The position numbers and the translations under genes are program-made. A DNA stretch of 64,000 nucleotides, from positions 124,001 to 188,000 of IMG/VR virus record IMGVR_UViG_3300044972_002389; one strand, 5' to 3'. Shown here piece after piece: positions 1-8,472 of the stretch; the stretch's first letter is position 1, and each line of letters starts with the position of its first letter. Under the pieces are notes generated by a model, which was not told the DNA's origin, ran no database searches, and saw only the letters and a program-made list of their open reading frames with translations.

Positions 1-241
1 CTGAATAGATAAACTTTTTGAGAATCTTCATGTGACCAGCCATGCAACTCCAAGCCAGCTCGCTCCATTTGTTTTCTTTTTTGATCCTTTCTTTTTGCCA
101 GTTATCTGGTGCCAGTGTGGGGTGCGATGCAGCAACACTCTCCACAAGAGAGATGTCTAGCCCCACTTGCTCAAACCGGTGTCGCATGCGTTCTGCTTTG
201 CTGAGATTGCGAAAAGTTAGGCAATAGATCGTGGGAATCAT
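1..241 (-). CDS. Glycosyltransferase family 25-like protein (runs off the window edge; N-terminal 80 aa only)
   Basis: Hand-translated, not in the ORF track: MIPTIYCLTFRNLSKAERMRHRFEQVGLDISLVESV...SELAWSCMAGHMKILKKFIYS. Fits the GT25 pattern IYxIxL...RR..M...F...G...C..SH..I. Confidence 0.6.
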   Translation of the reverse strand, partial: MIPTIYCLTFRNLSKAERMRHRFEQVGLDISLVESVAASHPTLAPDNWQKERIKKENKWSELAWSCMAGHMKILKKFIYS

Positions 242-283
242 AATCCATAGTAGTTGACGTTGTGGAAAATCACAAATAACTTG

Positions 284-311
284 TTGACAAAGATGTCGTC
301 TGTCCTACACT
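284..311 (+). promoter_or_regulatory. sigma70-type early promoter
   Basis: TTGACA-N16-TACACT upstream of the NUDIX gene. Confidence 0.7.
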
Positions 312-319
312 GGAAGGAT

Positions 320-757
320 ATGGAGAATCTTACAATGGGTAAATCAACAAGTTGTGGTGTGGTGATAACTGACGGGAACAAGTTGGTTGTTGGGCATGTA
401 ACACGTGGTAAATGGTGGGACCTACCTAAAGGAGGCATGAACCCTGGAGAAAGCTTTCTTGAAGCTGCACTGAGGGAACTAAATGAAGAAACTGGTTTGG
501 TAGTGGAAGACACCTCAGCCCTTACGCCTCTGGGCGTGTTCCTATATAAGCCAAAAAAGGATCTAGTGCTGTATCTTTGGAAGGTCGAACAAATGCCAGA
601 CCCCACTTCCCTAGTCTGCAAGAGCACGTTTAAAGACTCCAAAGGTCGTGATGTCAAAGAATTGGATCAATTTAAAGTAGTCACCTGGCAAGAAGCTGCA
701 AACTTAGTCAATCCAGATATGCAAAAAGTATTGAAAAAAGTAGAGAAGGAAATTTAA
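320..757 (+). CDS. NUDIX hydrolase
   Basis: Nudix box PKGGMNPGESFLEAALRELNEETGL; start at ATG 320 or 335. Confidence 0.92.
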   Translation: MENLTMGKSTSCGVVITDGNKLVVGHVTRGKWWDLPKGGMNPGESFLEAALRELNEETGLVVEDTSALTPLGVFLYKPKKDLVLYLWKVEQMPDPTSLVCKSTFKDSKGRDVKELDQFKVVTWQEAANLVNPDMQKVLKKVEKEI

Positions 758-1053
758 TGACACGAGATCAATTTGTTGAAAAACTGTTGTCTGGTGAAGT
801 CAACCTAGTGTTTGAGAAACGAGATGGCTCTCACCGAAAAATGAAGGCCACATTATCTGAACAACTTGTGCCGCAAGTATCCACGACGCAAGTATCAACC
901 AATAGAAAGTCAAAGGGGCAAAACTTGAATCTAGTGGTCCTCTGGGATCTAGATAAGGGAAATTGGCGCAGTCTGAGGTTTGATAGTCTGCTGTCTGTTA
1001 ATGGAATAGACATGTCTCAACTCATCAAAAATACTGAACGCTCCACAAATTGA
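757..1053 (+). CDS. WYL_2/DUF2693-like SH3-fold phage protein
   Basis: VFEKRDGSHRKMKATL ... LWDLDKGNWRSLRFD pattern typical of this T4-like family. Confidence 0.7.
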   Translation: MTRDQFVEKLLSGEVNLVFEKRDGSHRKMKATLSEQLVPQVSTTQVSTNRKSKGQNLNLVVLWDLDKGNWRSLRFDSLLSVNGIDMSQLIKNTERSTN

Positions 1054-1160
1054 GATTGAGGTATGTGTTTTGAGCATGCCTGTCTGGTAGCTATGCAACT
1101 TGTTGATCGCATAAATCTAGTGTAAATATTGCAGTGCAACATAGAGAAAGAGAGAAAGCA

Positions 1161-1340
1161 ATGTTTACTACACTTATCCGCGCTATTTTTGGCGACGTTT
1201 CAACCCACAACAGCAACATGAACCTGCGTTGGTCCAGCAACACTGAACTAGCCAATTATTTCCGCGCAGAGTACAAGGAAAATGCTCCAGAAGCATATGA
1301 CTACTTCATGTGCACAGGCAAGGGCAACTTTGCTGGCTGA
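1161..1340 (+). CDS. hypothetical protein
   Basis: ORF followed by a terminator. Confidence 0.6.
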   Translation: MFTTLIRAIFGDVSTHNSNMNLRWSSNTELANYFRAEYKENAPEAYDYFMCTGKGNFAG

Positions 1341-1366
1341 GTGCTAGCCCACATCTAAGATAGTGC

Positions 1367-1394
1367 AAAAAGCCCGGTGTATTCCGGGCTTTTT
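1367..1394 (+). terminator. Rho-independent terminator
   Basis: AAAAAGCCCGG-tgtatt-CCGGGCTTTTT. Confidence 0.85.
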
Positions 1395-1438
1395 CCTTGA
1401 CATCGTAAGCAGCTATTTGGTAGTGTGATTACACTGGC

Positions 1439-1639
1439 ATGACACTTTCTCATTGTTACAACACACGGCTAATCAGGATGAGTATTCAAGAAGCCAACAG
1501 TCGTATCTGTTGGTGTGCTGATAATTTTGGTGACCGGGATATCAAGTGGACTGTGCGATGCCACGACAGAAGTCGTTATGAATGGTGGTTTACAAATAAG
1601 GATGATTTAATTTGGTTTGGCCTTGTTTGGGAAAGTTGA
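1439..1639 (+). CDS. Trp-rich small protein family member (FxxxEDxxxFxLTW family)
   Basis: WCADNFG ... FTNKDDLIWFGLVW. Confidence 0.8.
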   Translation: MTLSHCYNTRLIRMSIQEANSRICWCADNFGDRDIKWTVRCHDRSRYEWWFTNKDDLIWFGLVWES

Positions 1640-1700
1640 CTGAACAACAGGGTGTGTTAAGTTTCAGATTGTTGAAACACTCGTGTATGGAGTAGGAAAA

Positions 1701-1979
1701 ATGAACACTCGCGTTTCTGAGTCTCAGCGTCGGGAAAATTCTCGAGCTATTGCTCGTAGGGATAAATGGCGTCAACAATATGTGGTTGTGGTGAAGGCTA
1801 TTCGTGAACTCAAAAGCCAAACTCGCGGCCGGCCATATGATCCGGTGATCAAAGTGCAACTGCGTACAATGAGGCAGCTGGCTTGCGACATGATGTTTGA
1901 ACGGACGCATTACATCCGTTTTGATCTGGTGAATACAGCATATCCTTATGCAGCTACAACACTGGAACAAGCTGCATGA
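1701..1979 (+). CDS. hypothetical protein
   Basis: RBS-like AGGA before ATG; ATGA overlap with the next gene. Confidence 0.7.
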   Translation: MNTRVSESQRRENSRAIARRDKWRQQYVVVVKAIRELKSQTRGRPYDPVIKVQLRTMRQLACDMMFERTHYIRFDLVNTAYPYAATTLEQAA

Positions 1980-2491
1980 ACAAAGAAACTGTGTTAATGC
2001 AGGAGGTAATTGTAAATTATCACCCGCAATTCGCTGACAGCACTCAACTTCGTGAGATCGGCATGTTGCGGCCAGAGATTTTCAAGGTGGAAATGCTGAT
2101 TGAAGAATGTCTGGCGGCATGGGGTCCTTACAACTTGGTCAGAGGGGATCATCAAGATTTCAGTGATGGAAGTGATTGTAAAACTGCAAGTATTCGATCA
2201 GAACCGGTTAAAGCTGGTACAGCATCTCATAAAGGTGAAATCTCAGGTGTACAAACCAGTGCTGGTGTTGTCAAGCAGGGAGCATTACGGTGTGTAGTTT
2301 ATAACCCTTGCGAAAACAATATCTTGTATTTTTACTTACCCAAAGAGTTTTGGACACAAAATATCAATCGGCATCCCACAACTGGTATGGGACGGATCTT
2401 TTTCACGTATAATCGTAACACAATGGTAATTCCCAAACTTATTCAATATCAAGTGAATAATTTTGAAGAATTAGCAAGGACCACAGGGTAA
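1976..2491 (+). CDS. hypothetical protein, possible PD-(D/E)xK nuclease fold
   Basis: E-rich helix (EMLIEE) followed by DFSDGSDCKT, a D...DxK arrangement. Confidence 0.4.
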   Translation: MNKETVLMQEVIVNYHPQFADSTQLREIGMLRPEIFKVEMLIEECLAAWGPYNLVRGDHQDFSDGSDCKTASIRSEPVKAGTASHKGEISGVQTSAGVVKQGALRCVVYNPCENNILYFYLPKEFWTQNINRHPTTGMGRIFFTYNRNTMVIPKLIQYQVNNFEELARTTG

Positions 2492-2496
2492 CAAGC

Positions 2497-2682
2497 ATGC
2501 AGAACCTGGGTGCAGAACTTTGGCCCCACAGAGTTGAAACTCTGGGGGGCAGTGATCAAGCTGGCATGCGTGGTTGGCTTGAGCGGAACGTGGACTGCAC
2601 TGCTTGGTTCTTTGCAGCAGCCAATGTTGTGTATTTTTCGCACAAAGAAGATGCTATGCGATTCAGTTTGATTTGGACATGA
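2497..2682 (+). CDS. Trp-rich small protein family member
   Basis: WLERNV ... FSHKEDAMRFSLIWT. Confidence 0.8.
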   Translation: MQNLGAELWPHRVETLGGSDQAGMRGWLERNVDCTAWFFAAANVVYFSHKEDAMRFSLIWT

Positions 2683-2891
2683 AGTATTGGGCAGCAACCA
2701 CGTTGGATGAGCCCAGACGTCAGGAAATGTCACGCTGGTGCAACCAAAGTTTTGGCTACACTGGGTGGATGGTTCACCCCCAGTTTGGGCAATGTGAGGA
2801 AGAATGCTATCTCAAATGGAGTTTTTGGTATCAAGCGGATGTTGTTCTTTTCACCTTGGTTTGGGATGTCGCTGCCAATGAAGATAAGTGA
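2679..2891 (+). CDS. Trp-rich small protein family member
   Basis: WCNQSFG ... FWYQADVVLFTLVW; ATGA overlap start. Confidence 0.8.
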   Translation: MKYWAATTLDEPRRQEMSRWCNQSFGYTGWMVHPQFGQCEEECYLKWSFWYQADVVLFTLVWDVAANEDK

Positions 2892-3079
2892 ACCAACGTG
2901 GGACAAAATTATAGCCTATTACCAAACAAAATCTCACATAGATGATTATAATTGGGCGAGCTTCAAACAGTGGGTATGTACAACCTATAACGTTGATAAA
3001 GTCTATTTGGGTGTTGAGGTTGAACTTGTTTTTTATCTCCCAAGAAGATGAGGCTGTGTTCGCATTAAGTTGGCTATAA
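2878..3079 (+). pseudogene. Trp-rich family member frameshifted at a T6 run (3029-3034)
   Basis: MKISEPTW...WVCTTYN...ELVF; removing one T gives ISQEDEAVFALSWL*, completing the family motif. Confidence 0.7.
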
Positions 3080-3277
3080 ATGGGCCCTACACCGTGGAGC
3101 CACTTGCCTTATGAAGTTACCTTGCCCATCAACTCAGTTCACAATCTGTTGAAGATCAGCATCTGGTGCAACAACAACTTTGGTGACCAACCCATCAAAT
3201 GGATGTATATTGGGCAAGGTCGCTGGTTGTTTCCTTCAGAGGAGCAAGCTGCTGAGTTTGCGTTGATTTGGACATGA
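3080..3277 (+). CDS. Trp-rich small protein family member
   Basis: WCNNNFG ... FPSEEQAAEFALIWT. Confidence 0.8.
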   Translation: MGPTPWSHLPYEVTLPINSVHNLLKISIWCNNNFGDQPIKWMYIGQGRWLFPSEEQAAEFALIWT

Positions 3278-3331
3278 ACAAAATTTGACAGCAGCGATAG
3301 CTACCTGTTTTGGCTGCTGACCGTCAGTTGA
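3278..3331 (+). pseudogene. Orphan 3' remnant of a Trp-rich family gene
   Basis: TKFDSSDSYLFWLLTVS* lies in frame right after the TGA of 3080-3277 and matches the motif register. Confidence 0.5.
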
Positions 3332-3363
3332 CACAAACCAAATTGGCCTGCATAAATTGGAGT

Positions 3364-4422
3364 ATGACAATGGAAACTCTCAAACTACTGGCGGCCAATT
3401 TGCGTTGCACTGATGCAGATTTTGAAGCAAAATACGCTGATTTATTGAATCAAATCAACGTTGAACTGGACCAACGCGAGTTGAAGAAGCAGCTGGCCAC
3501 TTATGCAGCTTCCTTAGGCAAAGAAAACAGTGTGCTGGATTTGAGCAGCAGTGTTGTTGGCCTCGAAGGCAAGATTGCATTTTGTTTGAACCATGGTGCT
3601 GAGTTGAACGCAAGCAGTCTCACCCGAGTGGTGTTGCTGCTGGACCGCCTGGCAGAGCAAACTGAGCGAGCTACTCCCACATGGCAAAATTTGCCCATTA
3701 CTAGCCAAACACGGCAGCGGGATCAGTATGTTAACTGTTACAGTCGAATTGACAACCTCAAAACACAAACGTTACAAGGCACTCGAACAATACGTGAGGT
3801 GGCAGCAGGTGTGCGAGACATTGTATCAGCGTATGCACCCAGCAACAGCGGAGTTCATCGTCAGTTATTGACTCATTACAAAGACTGTTTGCATGAAGCC
3901 CAAAGTGACCCCACTGTCAGCAATTGGGTGCCTGTGTTACGAACAGTGGTTGAAACCCTCACACTACTTAACAGCAATCGTGGCAGCATCAAACAAGGCA
4001 AGCGAACTGCACGGGCTAGGTTGATGAGCAGCACTGTTGACACTAGAGATCGCCAAGGAGAAGCTGCTGCCACTCGTATCAAAGTGAAGTCAACAGACAC
4101 TGATTTGGGTATCACGTCAGTGGATCCCACTAATGTGGTTGGTGCTGAACTGGCCGTAGTCTACAACACCAAAACTCATCACGTGGAAGTGTATCGAGCC
4201 AGTGGAGAGCAAAAGCTCAGTGTGCAAGGGGCTCGCATCACCAATTTTGACCCTGCCTTGAGTCAAGGGCGAGCTTTGCGTGAGCCCGACAGTTGGCTGC
4301 CACGATTTACCAGCATTACCACAGTTCGACGTGCAGAAGTGTTGATGACCAGCCTCAAGGGCAAAAAGTGGGCACTCTCTGGCAAACTAAACAGCAACCA
4401 TCTTATCCTGAAAACTCTCTAA
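3364..4422 (+). CDS. conserved hypothetical large-myovirus protein
   Basis: Long ORF; C-terminal SVDPTNVVGAELAVVYNTKT...LSVQG...GKLNSNHLILK recalls a conserved uncharacterised T4-like protein (from memory). Confidence 0.65.
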   Translation: MTMETLKLLAANLRCTDADFEAKYADLLNQINVELDQRELKKQLATYAASLGKENSVLDLSSSVVGLEGKIAFCLNHGAELNASSLTRVVLLLDRLAEQTERATPTWQNLPITSQTRQRDQYVNCYSRIDNLKTQTLQGTRTIREVAAGVRDIVSAYAPSNSGVHRQLLTHYKDCLHEAQSDPTVSNWVPVLRTVVETLTLLNSNRGSIKQGKRTARARLMSSTVDTRDRQGEAAATRIKVKSTDTDLGITSVDPTNVVGAELAVVYNTKTHHVEVYRASGEQKLSVQGARITNFDPALSQGRALREPDSWLPRFTSITTVRRAEVLMTSLKGKKWALSGKLNSNHLILKTL

Positions 4423-4482
4423 AAAATCTTGCATTAGTGAAACGCCCTGTTACAACTGTTGGGCATATAGAGGAACAACGCT

Positions 4483-4788
4483 GTGGAACCCAAAGACCAA
4501 CCAAACCCATTTGGTAAGTGGACCATTATTGGTGGGAATTTTCCACCGGAATGGAAAGATGACCCAGAAATGGCTCGGATCATGCAAGCACTCTTGGAGG
4601 CTAGCATCATTGCTGCTCAGCGCGAAGAGGCTCTTGAACGACTTATGGGGGTCCAGCAGGATCCGGATCCTGAACTGGATGATGCCATTACTGACATTAT
4701 CCTTGACGATGTGCAGGAATATCCTGAGGCACTGGGTTGGATCATGGGCGCATATCGCAAGGGTGAAGAACTGGGCTGGAAACGCTAA
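4483..4788 (+). CDS. hypothetical acidic protein
   Basis: GAGGA RBS, GTG start. Confidence 0.7.
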   Translation: MEPKDQPNPFGKWTIIGGNFPPEWKDDPEMARIMQALLEASIIAAQREEALERLMGVQQDPDPELDDAITDIILDDVQEYPEALGWIMGAYRKGEELGWKR

Positions 4789-4796
4789 AACCACTG

Positions 4797-4825
4797 TTGA
4801 CAACCCCGTAACCCCCTGCTACTTT
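4797..4825 (+). promoter_or_regulatory. sigma70-type early promoter
   Basis: TTGACA-N17-TACTTT preceded by TGC. Confidence 0.75.
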
Positions 4826-4831
4826 AGGCAC

Positions 4832-5068
4832 ATGAACAACAAACCCAAACCCACTCCCGCCCGTCTTGTGCGCAGCCTCATCACCCTGCTGGGTACACCT
4901 CGAATCCTGTTCAGCGACCGCATTCAAAATGGTCGCAGCATCAAGGTATGGGGGTGGGATGAACGCCTCTACAGCGAGGCCAGCATGATCCTTGCGCGGC
5001 ATGGCTACCGTGTGCGCAAGGTAAAGACCTCGTTTGGCAGCACTCGTCTTCACGTGTTTGAGAAATAG
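4832..5068 (+). CDS. hypothetical basic protein (probably leaderless)
   Basis: ATG 6 nt after the -10 box; MNNKPKPTPARLVRSL... Confidence 0.65.
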   Translation: MNNKPKPTPARLVRSLITLLGTPRILFSDRIQNGRSIKVWGWDERLYSEASMILARHGYRVRKVKTSFGSTRLHVFEK

Positions 5069-5079
5069 GAAAACCGGTT

Positions 5080-5451
5080 ATGACCGATGATCTCGGAAAC
5101 CTTTCTGACAATGACTTCAAGCGCCTAGTGCACCTGGTGAACGAGATCATCCACCTAAGCCACGAAGGTGCTCGAGAAGGGCAAGCTCGGGCACACGACA
5201 TCTACGCACTGTCACGAGATGCACGCGACATCTTGATCCTGGACGAAACCAGTCGGGAAGCTATGCGACGCCTCACAAATACTGAACGTCCCACCATGTA
5301 TGGGGTCACCATCAGCAAGTCTGTGGAAGACTATGTTCGTGCTGGCATGAAGATCAATGCCATCAAAGAGCTGCGAACTGAAACGGCTCTGGGCCTGAAA
5401 GAGGCCAAGGACGTTGTGGAGGCTTTTGCCAGCACAATTACGCCCTTTTAG
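5080..5451 (+). CDS. Protein with ribosomal L7/L12 C-terminal-like domain
   Basis: KINAIKELRTETALGLKEAKDVVE resembles the bL12 signature K(V/I)xxIKxVRxxTGLGLKEAKxLVE. Confidence 0.75.
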   Translation: MTDDLGNLSDNDFKRLVHLVNEIIHLSHEGAREGQARAHDIYALSRDARDILILDETSREAMRRLTNTERPTMYGVTISKSVEDYVRAGMKINAIKELRTETALGLKEAKDVVEAFASTITPF

Positions 5452-5463
5452 GCACATCTTTGG

Positions 5464-5491
5464 TTGACAACACTCAATATCCTGCTATGTT
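5464..5491 (+). promoter_or_regulatory. sigma70-type early promoter
   Basis: TTGACA-N16-TATGTT preceded by TGC. Confidence 0.7.
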
Positions 5492-5515
5492 GCGCTGGTA
5501 AATGGAGTACATGAC

Positions 5516-6103
5516 ATGACCAACAAGCCTCAGAAGATCGTTGTTCACAAGCACGCCGCCAAGCGGTTGTTTCATGTGAGCATTCACAATGTTGACAGCA
5601 AGGCTGCTAACACCACTTGGCAGGGTATTGCAGGCAAGAGCCGTTATGCATATGAACAGGGCTTGGTAGGCAACTACAAGAACGATCGCGTTCTCACTGG
5701 TGGGCTGATGCTGGCTTTTGTCAACACCCAATATGAGGGTTGGGAAACACAGGACGTGGAGGGCGAGTTTCCCAACATGATCCGTGCTGCTGAACACAAG
5801 GAACAGGTGGCGGATCAGCTGATCCAGGAGGGTCTTACAAACGTTGGTGTGCGCAATGTGAACAGCAAGCGCGATCCCAGCAGTGATGGCATGGGCAGCA
5901 ACTGGAACGCCAAGTTCAACCCCAACCGGATGACAATGGCCAAGGTGAACGAGAAGATTGACTGGATCAACACAAGCCTGCAGATGAACATCTCTCGAGA
6001 CGTTCGGAGCCGGGCACTGCGGGCAGTGATTGGTGCTAACGGCAATGTGGACAGCATGGCTGGCCTGCTCCGCTTCATCCGACAGGAAATGGGCCTGGTT
6101 TGA
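5516..6103 (+). CDS. hypothetical protein
   Basis: GGAG RBS, long ORF behind a promoter. Confidence 0.75.
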   Translation: MTNKPQKIVVHKHAAKRLFHVSIHNVDSKAANTTWQGIAGKSRYAYEQGLVGNYKNDRVLTGGLMLAFVNTQYEGWETQDVEGEFPNMIRAAEHKEQVADQLIQEGLTNVGVRNVNSKRDPSSDGMGSNWNAKFNPNRMTMAKVNEKIDWINTSLQMNISRDVRSRALRAVIGANGNVDSMAGLLRFIRQEMGLV

Positions 6104-6396
6104 TGGCTGCTGTTTATCGGATCCTGCATGTGCCTACTAGCATGTATTTTTGCCCCAGCAGGGAAGTGCGAGTCAAGCTCGCAGACCTACCCAGCTATTA
6201 TGGCAGCGGCACGATTGCAGTAAAGAGCAATCTCAGCAAAACTGGTAAGACCTATCTCAAACTGCCTACCATCAAGCAAATTGGCCAAAGATACTACACT
6301 CACTTGTTCAATTCTGTGACAGACATGGCTCCTGGAACACATTACTGTGTGAGGGCTGTGGTGGTGGATGAGTGGGTGGTTGAGGAAATGGCATAA
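6100..6396 (+). CDS. hypothetical protein
   Basis: Start overlaps the previous stop. Confidence 0.65.
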   Translation: MMAAVYRILHVPTSMYFCPSREVRVKLADLPSYYGSGTIAVKSNLSKTGKTYLKLPTIKQIGQRYYTHLFNSVTDMAPGTHYCVRAVVVDEWVVEEMA

Positions 6397-6405
6397 AGTT
6401 TTTGG

Positions 6406-6434
6406 TTGACACATAGCTACACCTAGTCTAATGT
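6406..6434 (+). promoter_or_regulatory. sigma70-type promoter
   Basis: TTGACA-N17-TAATGT. Confidence 0.6.
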
Positions 6435-6465
6435 GCGTTGATAAGACAGTTTTTGTGAGGACGAG

Positions 6466-7677
6466 ATGAGCAAGTTCAGTTGCCCTGTGGTGCGTGTGGC
6501 CGCAGTCGAAGAACATCCGAATGCGGATCGCCTTTCTCTTGTGCGCCTTGAAGGCCTCGGTTATCTCTGCATCGCAAACAAACTAGAGGATGGTAGCCCG
6601 CGCTACAAGCCCGGTGACTGGGTCGTATACATTCCCTCAGCCTCGGTGCTGCCTGAATGGCTGCTCAAGGACATGGGATTTTGGAACGAAGACGCTGGTA
6701 AGGGTGTGCTGGCAGGCAGTGATGGCAACCGTGTGAAGCCACTCAAGCTGCGTGGTATTTTCAGCGAAGGTGTGCTGTATGGGCTCATTGCATATGGTGA
6801 TGACGATTGCCTTTCTGCTGATTTTGGGTCGGCGACGGATGTACATGTAGTAGGCAAAGACAGTCTTGAATATCCAGTCAAGCTAGGCGAGGATGCTGCT
6901 GCAATCTTGGGCATCACCAGGTGGGAGCCGCCCATTCCCGCTGCGATGTCTGGTGAAGTTGCCAGTGTTGCTGAGGCTGCTCTTACCTACGATTTTCAGC
7001 GTTGGGAGAGCGTGCCTGACATCTTCGAACCTGGTGAGGTGGTGGTGGCCCAAGAAAAAATTCATGGATCTTGTACCATCATCCAGTACTTCCCAGGCAT
7101 GGACCATCCCGAGATGTTCCCCGACCATGCAGGCTACCGCAGCATCACTGTCAGCAGCAAGGGACTAGGCGGTCAGGGTTTGGTGTTCAAGAACAACGAA
7201 GCCAACGCCAACAACCTCTATGTGCGGGCACTTGGCACACTGCTAGCCGACCATGACCTCGCCGGGCTCCTCCACAGGATGAGCAAGGTGGACGGCGGTG
7301 CTCATCCGGTGGCTATCCTGGGAGAAGTTTTCGGCAAGGGCGTGCAGGACCTCGACTACGGCACCACTAAGCCCACGTTCCGGGTGTTCGACATGCGGAT
7401 CGGGCGGGAGTGGCTAAGTCCCGATGCCGTGGCCTACTGGGCAAAGGACCTGCCCTGTGTACCTACCCTCTACACTGGCCCCTTTGACCAAACTGCCATT
7501 GAGGCTGTGAGAGACGGTGTCACAACGGTGGGTGGCACCAATGTGCGGGAAGGTGTGGTGGTGCGCAGCCTGGTTCCCACCGAGCATCCCCTGCACGGTA
7601 GGAAAATCTGCAAATTCATCTCTCCGGCGTATCTGCTCCGCCGAGTGAAGAACGGCGAGGCAACGGAGTTCAACTGA
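6466..7677 (+). CDS. RNA ligase, DRB0094/Rnl5 family (N-terminal OB/tRNA-binding-like domain)
   Basis: N-terminal HPNADRL; nucleotidyltransferase motifs EKIHG, GEVFG, FRVFD, REGVVV, KFIS. Confidence 0.9.
   Translation: MSKFSCPVVRVAAVEEHPNADRLSLVRLEGLGYLCIANKLEDGSPRYKPGDWVVYIPSASVLPEWLLKDMGFWNEDAGKGVLAGSDGNRVKPLKLRGIFSEGVLYGLIAYGDDDCLSADFGSATDVHVVGKDSLEYPVKLGEDAAAILGITRWEPPIPAAMSGEVASVAEAALTYDFQRWESVPDIFEPGEVVVAQEKIHGSCTIIQYFPGMDHPEMFPDHAGYRSITVSSKGLGGQGLVFKNNEANANNLYVRALGTLLADHDLAGLLHRMSKVDGGAHPVAILGEVFGKGVQDLDYGTTKPTFRVFDMRIGREWLSPDAVAYWAKDLPCVPTLYTGPFDQTAIEAVRDGVTTVGGTNVREGVVVRSLVPTEHPLHGRKICKFISPAYLLRRVKNGEATEFN
7582..7677 (+). repeat. Copy 1 of a 96-bp diverged direct repeat (RNA ligase 3' end)
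   Basis: Ungapped 79/96 identity to 8086-8181 (hand count). Confidence 0.9.
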
Positions 7678-7759
7678 TGCGCTACGATCTACTGGAGGTC
7701 TACTGCTGCCTATGCCCAAGTCCCTAGACATATTGATCCCAGAAACAGAAACTTTCTGG

Positions 7760-7787
7760 TTGACAATGTCCGGAACTGTGCTAATAT
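7760..7787 (+). promoter_or_regulatory. sigma70-type early promoter
   Basis: TTGACA-N16-TAATAT preceded by TGC. Confidence 0.7.
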
Positions 7788-7814
7788 GACGTATAATACA
7801 TAAAGGACTAACAA

Positions 7815-8087
7815 ATGAGCGATCTCCCCAAGCCTATGTTTGCTAACGTTGGCCGCGCGTATGTGGCTGCTGCCGCGTTGGGTCTAGACACTAGCAATCT
7901 CAGTCGTGATCGTGCTGATACTGTGCTCCGCGCGCTGGTCAAAATGCCTGGTTGGCTGGAACAAAACCTGGATGTGTATCAGATGTGGATGGCTGATGTT
8001 GACCCCTGGCATTGCTTCATCCGTGACCTGAGCGCGTACACCAAGCAAGTGCGGGCTCACACGAAAGCTACCACGCGGGCCAAGTGA
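7815..8087 (+). CDS. hypothetical protein between the two ligase 3'-end copies
   Basis: AAGGA RBS and its own promoter. Confidence 0.75.
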   Translation: MSDLPKPMFANVGRAYVAAAALGLDTSNLSRDRADTVLRALVKMPGWLEQNLDVYQMWMADVDPWHCFIRDLSAYTKQVRAHTKATTRAK

Positions 8088-8181
8088 GTATCGACTGCAT
8101 AGCAGGAAAATCTGCAAGTTCCTCTCTCCGTCATATCTTCTCCGACGGGTGAAGAACGGTGAAACAACAGAGTTCAACTGA
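8086..8181 (+). pseudogene. Copy 2: orphan RNA ligase C-terminus EYRLHSRKICKFLSPSYLLRRVKNGETTEFN*
   Basis: No start codon; diverged duplicate of the last 31 ligase codons plus stop. Confidence 0.85.
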
Positions 8182-8193
8182 GTCGGGGCCACG

Positions 8194-8472
8194 ATGACCG
8201 AAAACTATATTCTCTTGAAATGGGGCACACTCAAGGGCTATCGGGTAGCTGACAACCCTGTGGCGCAAGGTTTGATTAAACAGTACATGGAGTTGGGTGC
8301 CAGCGCCATGCACCAACAGGACACTCCCGAACAAAAACAAATCATATGCGAACTGCTGCCTGCTCTGGCGTGCCCGCGCCGTGCCTTCCCCAACCCATAC
8401 GACCCCACAGGGCTGCTGCACTGGATCGCAACCCAGGAGCCGGTCATTCTCGGACGCGACCCCGCTGGCTAG
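8194..8472 (+). pseudogene. Chimeric ORF: phage gene 5' half (to ...KQIICEL) fused in frame to the 3' end of a high-GC bacterial gene
   Basis: Abrupt GC and codon-style change at about 8355 inside the ORF. Confidence 0.65.

Noticed and set aside
42-227. + strand 61-aa ORF at the window start
   Set aside because: Antisense to the more convincing GT25-like reading frame on the - strand (241 down to 1).
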